From the human T2T-CHM13v2.0 reference genome, Homo sapiens, in the NCBI RefSeq assembly GCF_009914755.1, contig NC_060931.1: a DNA stretch of 64,000 nucleotides; one strand, 5' to 3'. The notes under the pieces were generated by a model. The model worked only from the letters and a program-made list of their open reading frames with translations, ran no database searches and was not told the DNA's origin. Each line of letters opens with the position of its first letter. The stretch's first letter is position 1. Shown piece after piece: positions 52,397 through 64,000 of the stretch. Made by a program: the position numbers and the translations under genes.

Positions 52397-55300
52397 GGCC
52401 AAAGGTTAAATGAAAGATGGGCTCAAGATCCAAGTTATGACTATTAATGTTTCCTCTTTAGCAAATTGACAGAGTACAGTGGTATTCCAGTCCCAGTTAA
52501 AGCTGGATTCTTGAAGAGGAAATGGAAGTGTAAAAACTGGAGAGCCTCAACACACCTTTCATATTTTTCATTTTGTACACTAGAATGTAGAGAAAGCTGG
52601 TCTGTGAAGAGAAACACTGATAGAGATGAAAAGAAAACAGCCATATAATGACATGGAGAGTAAGATAGGAAACGAAAATGAGGTTTTCCACAGTAGGGTG
52701 AGCCCTGGCTCCAGACAATTGTGAGCTAAAATGCAATTTCTCACTTGGTTTGTGAAATATCCCAGAATCCTTATATTTAATATTACATTGTGGTCTCAGA
52801 AATGGGTGTAATATTTTTCAAAGTTTAAATTATATATTTTATCATCACTTTAAATTATAATATTTTTGACTTTCATTCATTCAATCCTAGGGTTTCCGTG
52901 ATTCTGGAGAAATTCTGAAATAATCTGAACAAAGTTGCCAAGTGTTTGTGGTAAATCAGGGTTTGGTGTCCCAATAAAACAATAGATTTGAAATCCAGAC
53001 TTAAATAAAAGACAAAAGAATTTACAAATTCCAAATTTTCTTACAAGTTAAAACATTTTGGAGATCTGAATTTTATGTTTTATTATGTAGAATATAGGTG
53101 GAAAGAAAGCAACTACAGGCTATTCCAGAGAAAACACATATGTGAGTCTGTAGACTGAACAGGGTAGGAGAGAGAGAGACGGGAAAATAAAAAAGTAGGA
53201 GGCAAGATACCAGTGTCTTTAGTTCTCCACTTCATCTCAATCTGGCTCACTATAGGATAAGCCTCAAGATGAAGATTGAGCAGTGATGGAAAGCCCCAAG
53301 AGAGGGATGGAGGTGGGGGTGGCTAAAAGAAAAGGAGGCTGGGGCCCTACAACCTATTGGGACTTGAGGAGGCCACTTGGCTGAATATCCCACAACAATA
53401 GTAAGCAACCGCAGCTGAGTAATGATGGCTAAATGTTCGTAGATAGTCCTCCACCCTACTCTCACCTTTGATTCCACACATTCTAAACCTAATGAGGGAA
53501 CTGTCTCAAAAGTCACTGTGTGCCCACAATGGGGAAGAGAGAAACCACTGGGTAATTAGGAAGGGGTCAGATGAATATCATGATGGAGCTTCAGCAGAAC
53601 AGCAGTGGCAGGGGAGGCTGAAGTGGAGCCATGTCAGAACAGTGTAACCTGTTTGTACAAGGAAAAGGACCTGCAGGCACTCACTGTGCAGAAAAAAAAA
53701 ACAAAATAAAACATAAACATGACTTTCATCTGTCATAGATGTCAGAAGTAGATGAGCAACAACCAAGTGGGACAAAGGACATCCTAGGGGACACCACTAC
53801 TCAAATTTGAGATTTTCTGATGCCTCATGCTATGTCCAGGTACCATCTTGGCTAGGAGAAAGGGAAAAACAAACCATTTTAAAATGAAAGAGATGAGTTA
53901 CCTTTAAATGACAAATTTAAAATACCATCTATCCTGGCTCCTCCCACCACCATTAAAGAGAATCCAAGTTTCAGAAAATTAGATAAAAAGAATATGACTT
54001 TTTTCAGGTATAAGTTCAGCATATGTGAAATTTAACCACTTATCCTACAGTAGTAACACATGATTTCTCTTAAGGCCAAAGTTCTAAGAAATGCCAGCAC
54101 TGAGCAGAGAAAGAGGAGGCTGTTTCTGTTGATCCCAACCCTACATCAGAAGGGATATTGTCGTGGCTATGATAACTAGTAGCAAGACAGCGGCCATCCC
54201 TACACTTCTGTTATGTGGCAGCATGATCATTATTACATAATTAAATTGTTTATGTTTTACACATCTGTTTTGTTCTATGACAGATTATCACAAATACTCT
54301 TTGGTTATCCTTGGTTAAAGACCATTAGTATTTAATCAAATAAGTTTAGTGTAGATAATTCTTACTTTTAAGCAATTTGTTGAATTAAATCATTATGAAG
54401 ATCAGAATTCCAATTTGGACATTTGTTTTCTACCTTCAGTTATGATTTTATAGTGTAGTTGTGGGGAGTGTCTTCAAGGGAAAGAAATAACATAAGTTCA
54501 GTAAATTCAGGTCAATGGTTTATATTGAACTCAACTGGTAGTAATGAAAAAAAATATCCTTCCAACTCATGGCCTTCCTATGAGCACATGTGAAATAAGT
54601 TGCTTGCCTAGTGAAAATCTCAAGGTGACTGAAAACATGCACATCACAATATACTCCAGTGTGCATGTTCTAGGACATGTGTTAGGTAGTCTTGGTGAAT
54701 AAGCAAGGTAACACAGTATTCTTAAGCACTCCTCCACCATTCAAGAAAAGATGAGTGCAGAGCTAGGGGGCAGTCATGGGTCAGTGTCAATGAAAAGTGA
54801 AGAAAGTGAGGACCTGCACTTTCTATTCTGCAGGTCAGTTAGGTCTTGCTGAGTCAGTTAAGACCCGGCTAGTCATCAACATCTCAGAGCAAGGTCTGCT
54901 CAGCAGGACTTTGCAGACTCTGCAAGTCCTTAAGAAATGGGTTCTGAAATGTCCAATAATAGCCACTGTAATTAAAGCAACTCCTACTCTTAAGATGCTT
55001 GGGGTATTTTGATAAATTGAGAAGTCTCTAAATCAATTATCTGTGCAAGATCTCTGAATGTTCAAATAGCAATTTAGATTGTTTTAAAAATCTGCTTTGA
55101 GTGTCTGTGCTGGGCCAAATCTGATGTTGATCCCATAAATTGCCTTCTTCCCCTTCAAAAAAATCACACCTAAAAAGAAAGCGCTGGAAGACAGTCTCTT
55201 TCGAAAGTGATTTCATTATATCTTGGCTATTAATGATGGTTACAGTGTGTGAGATATTAAATCATGACCCTGTAAGATTCTGGAACTTTTCCTCAGCCAG

Positions 55301-55806
55301 AATGTCATTTTATTTTAATTCTTTAAGGTTGCACATTTTTTTATCCTAATGTAGGATTTGGTGGACTGTAATTAAACGATGGTCGATGGACCTAAATTTT
55401 ATGAGCAATTAGATATACTGTATTTGCTTTTTTTACCCCTCTACTGGGAATATATGCTGGCTTTGTGGAATCACTAAGATGTATCCCTCTGCCCCCACTT
55501 GCTTTTTAGTTCCTGCTCAGTGCAAAGAACACACAGAATTCTGCAATGATTTTGTTCTATTATTGCTTGAAATATCTACTTCACATTCCACTGGAGAAAT
55601 TTAATGAATACAGGAATGTAAAGTACCATTTAAGCATTTTTTCTATGTTCTCTTCACCTTTTATGTTTCTTTCACTGTATAAACTCCGTCCTCTTCCTGA
55701 AATTCCACTCCTTTTAACTGACACACAAAGCTGAAAATGGGCAGGTTTCAAAAGCCTAGAACATCTTATACTCATGCAAGAATATAAGAGACTTATTGTG
55801 ACATAA

Positions 55807-56096
<290 letters not shown>

Positions 56097-56545
56097 TATT
56101 ATGACATAACTCTTTAGATACATTCAATATTTTTTAAAATTAGAAAACAAACCCAAATCAGAATTCAGGATTCAAAATAACAAGGAAATTTGCATTGACA
56201 GATATAAGCTACTGTCACAACAGGGCCAAGTATCTTTTCTCCAAATTATTTATTTTTAGTCATTTTCTTTAAAACATTTACTCATATGATTGTTGTATTA
56301 TGGTACCTATGTCCTCTTGGGAATAGGCATTGATGAGACTTATTAAATATTATTTCATCAATAATTATGTGGCTTCCATACCTGATGATGGACACAGCTG
56401 GAAGATCATTTTCATCATTATACTTCTTTTCAAATTATTTTTTATAATTTAAAAAATTATAAATAAACATTGCTGCTGTGCTGTGATCCCAAAGGGCATT
56501 ATGAAAAATAGATACACACACAAATATAAGCACATATCCAATTTT

Positions 56546-56628
56546 ACATATTATATATTATTACTAAGGGAAGGGAATATATATTATATATTGCTAAGGG
56601 ACGGGAATACATATTATATATTGCTAAG
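56546..56628. repeat. ~30-bp minisatellite, ~2.7 copies
   Basis: a(c/t)atattatatatt(g/a)ctaaggga(a/c)gggaat repeated. Confidence 0.88.
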
Positions 56629-58329
56629 CCTCTGAGGCTCCTACCACTCTTGATTCCCATAGCAACATAGTTGTTGGATCAGTCAAAACCCCACAGAGAC
56701 ATGCAAAAGTTCACATCTTTTATGCTGGACCTCCTCAGGATACTCTAATTTGCTACAGCTGTGCCCATGCCCATTCACTCCTAGGTTCTTGGCAAGCCCA
56801 GCCTTGATGGTTGACAGGTGTGGGAGCTACTGGCTCAGGGGAAAGAAAATTAACCCTATTTCTGCCAGAACCCACCCTACAATAGTTAACACATAGTTTC
56901 TTTTATAATCAAATTTCTAACAATACCGCCCTCAACAGAGAAACAAGAGGCTGATTCATTATTCTTACACTCGAATAAGGAGAATCTTCATTTCTCACCA
57001 TGATCAACCAGTATAAATTTTTTAATCAGTCAGAAAGCTCTCTAGTCCTAAAAGCACTGGGACCCATGATTATCACTAAGGATATTACTTAGAGGTGGAA
57101 AGATGAAGATATGAACAGCTGGTTTAGTAGTCACAGCAGAAGACCTTGAAATATCCCTAGAAGAGAAGATTTTAGGTTGTTTGGCTTATTTGGAGAAGAA
57201 GAGAAAGCCACTGCTCTGTTCCTCCTTTGCATTTTTCCCTCTTCAGAAAAGCAGGCTCTTATAAATTTTTTAAAATAATTGAGCCATTTTGAAATGGTAT
57301 ATTTTTGACCATTTCAATTATTTGATTTGTTTTCGTTTCTGCCTTGTGCACAGTCAGAGGTAAACTAAAATGGCTTGTGCTGGTAGTGGGCCATCGTAAA
57401 AAGCTCAGATGACAGTGGGAAATTGCTTTTGTGATGAAGGGAAACATTAATAAAAGCTTCTCTCATGTTTACCCTTTTAAATTGGCCCTAGAGGAGTTAT
57501 TTAAAGTACCCCATTGGCAGTGGTTGGCTGATACCTTAGGTGTGAAATGTTCTCTGTCCATAGGTGGTAGTTGAGTTTGGAAATATCTACCTTTTTCTGA
57601 CCTCGTTTGGTTTATCATTGAAGTTTCATTTAAACTCTTTTGTCCTCTTGTGATATGGTAAAGGCCTTAAGTCTTTGCTCATAAAGAAAATATTGTTGTG
57701 TGTCTAAGAAAATGTCACATTTTGTGTCCCACAAGGGTCTTAAGATACTAAATCATTCTACCTGTGGCATCAGGGCTTCAATAGATGCAACCGGCTAGGG
57801 ATTTTATTTTATTTTTTAATTTACAAGAAAAGTAACCAAAGCAAAATCAAAGTAGGTTTTTTTGTTTTTAATGTGAATTTCCTGCGCTGCCCTATATTCA
57901 ACTACACATATGAGATACCCAAGAAAGTGCACTAAATAACTTTTATAGCTCATTTGGGAGTCCTTCCGTTGAGTCAGAGAGTAAGAAAAGATTCATGTGG
58001 TTCAGCTGTCCAAGGGTACTGAGCGTGAGAAACCAGCACAAAGTGAAGGCTCCCTTAGGATGGCCTCTCTTATTCCCACTGCTGTGCCATTCCACAATGC
58101 TTGTCTTCTCACCCTCAGCAGTATGACAGGTGCTACACTCAGAGCATCTGGAAAGACAGTTAGTAGAAGATGAGATCTTTTATAGAAACTCAAATGTCCT
58201 CTCTGGAGGATTCAGTTGATAAGGGTACATAGTTGGTATTCTATTTAACTTTACTTTTAGTTTTGAATCTTGAAATTTTCTGCAGTGAAAGGGGAGGGGA
58301 ACTTTTATCTATTCAGTAGCCTCTGAGGG

Positions 58330-58520
58330 CCAAGGACTTACATTAATTTTTTTGATCACTTGGTTTTTCACAACAAATTCATAAAGTATAGGTGTTTATC
58401 TGCATCTAATTTTGTAGATAAGGAAATTCCAACCATAAAAGGTTAAATTTTCTCTCACCAGGCAAATGTGTGAGAACCCAAATGTTTATTCTGATCCAAG
58501 ACCATCTCTGTTTTCTGTAT
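58330..58520 (-). mobile_element. MIR
   Basis: 'tcacaacaaattcataaagtataggtg...attttgtagataaggaaatt...aggttaaa'. Confidence 0.65.
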
Positions 58521-60060
58521 CAAGCTTTCTCCTCTGGAGATAAAAATAGGAAAAATGTAATAATTTTTTAAGCAACATGTCATATGATGAGTCTTGAATA
58601 TTTTCTAATTGAACTTTTCTTCTTGGAACATAGAAGGAAATGACCTATAGAGAAAAAGGGACTAGCACCAAATCACACAGTTCTTTTTGTCTCTTTTATG
58701 AGTTTAAATAATATACTCTTCTCTAATCAAGTTTTTTGTATAATTTTTATAAAATTTACTTAGAATAACAGTTAGATGAGCTTTGACAACACTAGTGTAA
58801 TCAGCATCACAATCAAGTTCATAGAACATTTCCATCACCCAGAAACTTCCCTTGTATTTATTTGCTGTCATTCTCCAACCTTTTACTTTAGACATCACGA
58901 TAAGCTTTATGTCACTATAGATTAATTTTTCTTGATCTAGAATGTCATGTAAATAAAATCATGTAGTGCACAGCTTCCTTAGCTTGCCATAATGCTTCTT
59001 ATATTTGTTCATGTGGTTGGGGTAACTTAGTGGTCTTTTTTTTTTAACTGTTAGTAATATTTCATCATACGCATATACTACATCTTGTTTCTCCACCCAC
59101 TTGCTCGCTCGTTGATGGACATTAGTATGGTCTACAGGGTTTTTTTGCCTATTGAAAACAAAGCTTCTGTAAACATTTCAGTGCAAGGAATTTCATGTCT
59201 CTTAGGTAAATAATTAGTAGTAGAGTTGATTTGGTGTATTGTCAAAAAATGGACAAACTGATCTCCCCAGTGGCTATTCAATTTTATATTCCTACCAGCA
59301 ACATATGAGACTTACAGTTGCTCCACAACCTTGAAAACACTTGCTATTTTCAATAGTTTTAATTTTAGCCATTCTAGTAGGTATAGAGCAATATCTCATT
59401 GTGGTTTTACTTTTATTTCTGTAAGGCCTAGAAAGAGTGAACCTCTTGTTTTGTGTTTGTTAGTCATGAATGTATCTTTTTCGGTAAAATATTTAGTCAA
59501 CTATTTTGCCCATTAAAAAAAAAATCTGGTTGCTAGTTTTCTTACTGAATTGTAAGAATGATTTTTATATTTTGAATATAAGTCCTTTGTCAGATATATG
59601 CAATGCAAATATGTCCACCTCATCTTTAGGTTGCCTTTTTATCTTCTTGATGGTAGTCTTCAAAGAAGAGAAGTGCTGTATTAATTTTGATGAAATCAAG
59701 CTTATCAGTTCTTTTTATTTACAGTTTTTTGCATCTCATCTAAGTAACATTTACCTAATAAAAGATCACAATAATTTTGTCCTATGTTTTCTTCTGGAAA
59801 TTTTAAGCTTTCTAAAGTTTTTGAGTTTATTTCTGTGTATGGCATGAGGTATGGGTTATGGTTCATTTTTTCCACAGGGATAGGAATTTTTTAAAAAGAT
59901 TATTTTTCCCCATTGAATAAATGCAATATCTTTTTTAAAAAATCTATTTACTATGAAAGTGTCTATTTCTAAACTCTTAATTCTGTTGCATTGATCTACC
60001 TGAATCCTTACAACAATGCTACACTGTTTTGATTACTGTAGCTTTTTAAATAAGTATTAA

Positions 60061-60498
<438 letters not shown>

Positions 60499-61123
60499 TG
60501 AATTTTTACTGGGATTGTATAGCATCTATATACTAATTTACATTTCACTTATATTTAAAGTATCTTTTAATTGTTCCAACAGTGTTTTCAGTTATTCACT
60601 GTGTACATCTTGAATATATTCTGTTAAATGTATTCCTAAATATTCCATGTTTTTGTATGCCATTATAAATGGTATATTTTACTTGAAATTGTATTTTCTA
60701 ATTATGTCTTGCTAGTTTAGAAATACACTTGCTTTTTATATATTGCTCTTTTATCCTAAGATCTTGTTAAACTCATTTATTTTAAACATTTTGGTTATTG
60801 TTGATGATGATTCTTTATAATGTCCTATATACACAATCATGTCATCTCTTCACAAGGACAGTTTTATTAATGCCTTCTAATATATGTATCTTTTATTTCA
60901 TTTTTCTTTTCTTCTTGCACAGGCTAGACCCTCCACTATAACACTGAATAGAATTAGAGAAAACAGCTATCTTGCCGTGTTCTCTATCATAGAAGGAAGC
61001 ATTCAGAATTCCACTACTAAGTATAATGGTCACTGTAAGTTTTACATACATACCTTTCATTAGGTTGAGAAATTTTTTCTCTAAGCCTAGTATGCTGATA
61101 TTTTTAAACTTAAATGAGTGCTG

Positions 61124-62224
61124 TATCAGGGGAACCTGCCCCCAGTATTTCAACCTAGGTTCTTTCTATTTTCCCTAAGTGTAGGCCAGCCTGAGAAATA
61201 AAGAGAAACAGTACAAAGAGAGGAATTTTACAGCTAGGCCTCCAGGGATGACATCACATATTGGTAGGTCCGTGATGTCCACCCGAGCCACAAAACCAGC
61301 AGGTTTTTATTAAGGACTTGAAAAGGGGAGGGGGTGTACAAACAGGGAGTAGGTCACAAAGATCACATGCTTTAAAGGGCAATAAAGATCACAATGCAAA
61401 GGGTAAAGCAAAGATCACAAGGCAAAGGGCAAAATCAGAATTACTGATGAGGGTCTATGTTCAGCTGTGCACGTATTGTCTTGATAAACATCTTAAACAA
61501 CAGAAAACAGAGTTCGAGAGCAGAGAACTAGTCTGACCTCAAATTTACCAGGGTGAGGTTTCTTCCCCACCCTAATAAGCCTGAGGGTACTGCAGGAGAC
61601 CAGGGCATATTTCAGTCCTTATCTCAACTGCATAAGACAGACACTCCCAGAGCAGCCATTTATAGACCACCCCCCAGGAATGCAATTCTTTTCCTAGGGT
61701 GTTAGTATTATATTCCTTGCTAGGAAAACAATTTAGCAATATCTCTCCTACTTGCATGTCCATTTATAGGCTCTCTGCAAGAAGAAAAATATGGCTCTTT
61801 TTGCCCGACTCCGCAGGCAGTCAGACCTTATGGTTGTCTTCCCTTGTTCCCTAAAATCGCTGTTATTCTGTTCGTTTTCAGGGTGCACTGATTTCATATT
61901 GTTCAAACACACATGTTTTACAATCAGATTTCTACAATAGTGGTCCCGAGGTGACATACATTCTCAGCTTACGAAGATAACAGGATTAAGAGATTAAAGT
62001 AAAGACAGGCATAAGAAATTATAAGAGTATTATTAGGGAAGTGACAAATGTCCATCAAATCTTCACAATTTATATTCAGAGATTGCAGTAAAAACAGGCG
62101 TTAAGAAACTATAAAAGTATTAATTTTGGGAACTGATAAATGTCCATGAAATCTTCACAATTTATGTTCCTCAGCCGCAGCTCCAACAGGTCCCTCCGTT
62201 CAGGGTCCCTGACTTCCCGTAACA
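61124..62224 (-). mobile_element. MER11 solo LTR (ERVK class)
   Basis: Reverse strand starts tgttacgggaagtcagggaccc and ends caggttcccctgata; 1.1 kb; perfect 6-bp TSD gtgctg at 61118-61123 and 62225-62230. Confidence 0.95.
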
Positions 62225-64000
62225 GTGCTGCACTTTTTTCAAAATTTGTTTCTCCATATATTAACATGATAAAGTGGTTTTTCTCTTTTATTCTGTTAAT
62301 ATATTAGATTACACTGATTATTTTTCAAATATTAAGTCAGCTGTTTATTCCTGAGATATACCTCAATTGGTATATATTTGATATTTTGTTAAGGATTTTT
62401 AATTCTGTGTTTTTGAGGGGTATTGGTCTGGTTTTCATACAAGCACATGCTTATCTTGTGAAATAAGCAGGGATTCTTCCCCTCTTCTATTTTCTAGAAG
62501 ACTTTGTATATAATTGATATTGACTGAAATCTCTTAAGCCATATGAGCTTAGACTACTGTTTATAGGAAAAACTTAACTATGGATTCAATGTATCTATAT
62601 ATTAGGACAGGGCTTTGGTTGTTCTTTTTTTTCCTTTATCTCAAATTTTTAAATTTTGTACCTTTGAATGAATTTGTACATCTCATCAAAGTTGGAAATT
62701 TTAGTAGGATATATTTGTTCATCATAGCCCCTTATTATCTTTTCAGTGTTTGTAGGATCTGTAGTGAGAGTTACTGCTTTGTTCCTGATACTGGTTATTT
62801 CATTGTCTCCTATTCTTGACCAGATCTCTCTTAAAACCAGATTTTGCTTTCACTTATTTTTCTATTACCTGCTTTCCATTTGATCATTTTTCTGCCCTTA
62901 TAGTCAATATTTCCTTTCTTTAAACTCATTTTGAGTTTAATTTGCTCTCATTTTTCCAGGTTATAAAGCATTTTAAGCAACACATTTTCCTCTAAGGAAA
63001 CAGCCTTACCTGTATCCTACACATTTTAAAGTTGTGTTCTTATTTTTATTTAGTTCAAATTATTTATGAGAAATTATGTTTTACAGGGATATTGTTTAAT
63101 TTCCAAATATTTGTTGATTTTCTACATATTTCTACTGATTCCTAACATAATTATTTTGTGTTCAGAGACCATGTTTTATAATATATCAATATTTTTAATT
63201 TCTTAACACACTTGAAAAGTTTATGATATAACTTAGAGGATGTATTATGTACACTAAAAATAATATATCTTTTCCTGCTCTTAAGTAGTGCTTTATATAG
63301 ACCTATCAGTTGCAATAGGTAAAGTTGGTTGATAGTATTTTCAACTTTCTTGTTAAAAAATACAATTTAGAAGTATTTTTCAATACTATCTCAAGTATTT
63401 TTGAGTTATCTGTATCTTTACTGATTTTTGTCTACTTATGCTATCACTTATTGAAAAAGAATGTTGAAATCTGCAACTATCAATGTGGATATGTCTATTT
63501 CTTCATTCAGGTCTATCAATATTTGTTTCATGTACTTTGAGTTTCTTTTATTAGATGCATACACATTTAGATAAGTTAATAAAGATTTTTATTCTTCCTT
63601 GATTATTTAAACCTTTGTTATCATGAAATTTACCTCTTTATCCTTGGCAATTTTCCTTGGAATGTAGTGTACTTTGATGTCAATACAATCATTCCAAAAG
63701 TTTTATGCTTAGTGTCTGTATAATATATATTTTTCCATCTGTTATTGTAAATTATCTGTTTCTTTTTACCTAAAGTAAATTTCTTGTATGAGCATACATT
63801 TGGGTCTTGCTGTTTTACCTGGTCTGAATAAACTCTGCCTTTTATTTGGAGTGTTTGATCCATTTACACTTAATGTAATGAATAATAATTAGATAGTTAG
63901 ATAAGTAAGTTTTCTATGTCTTTTTCTTGTTTTTGTTTTGCTCCTTTGCCTTCTTTTAATTCGATATTTTTTATAATTATATTTTGTCTCCCCTAGTGAT

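Noticed and set aside
53080-54050. Purine-rich block, possibly an ancient LTR or L1 5' region
   Set aside because: No termini, TSD or diagnostic motif that I can confirm.

Overview
This is primate (hominoid, most likely human) AT-rich, CpG-depleted non-coding DNA, either intergenic or deep inside a large intron. I find no CpG island, no host protein-coding gene, no rRNA/tRNA gene and no CRISPR array. Roughly half or more of the window is transposon-derived: 9 Alus (J, S and Y classes), a young 5'-truncated L1PA2-like insert with an open ORF2 C-terminus, older L1M pieces (including a >5 kb antisense L1 at the right end), many L2/MIR relics, about 14 LTR elements (MaLR, ERV1, ERVL with a gag remnant, and a MER11/ERVK solo LTR with a perfect 6-bp TSD), a full-length but dead Tigger1 carrying a MER30, a Tigger4b and a MER53. 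Almost all ORFs in the track are chance or repeat-derived. I cannot support a new biological system here. The best second-look items are: (1) a 181-bp, 99%-identical dispersed duplication with an 18-bp palindrome across its left junction; (2) several other local tandem and fold-back copy scars; (3) an unexplained ~80-nt pre-miRNA-sized hairpin; (4) a MER53 arm one base away from mature miR-1302; (5) a three-layer LTR nest; (6) a few well-formed orphan exon candidates. Subfamily names come from my recall of consensus sequences, and boundaries of old elements are approximate.
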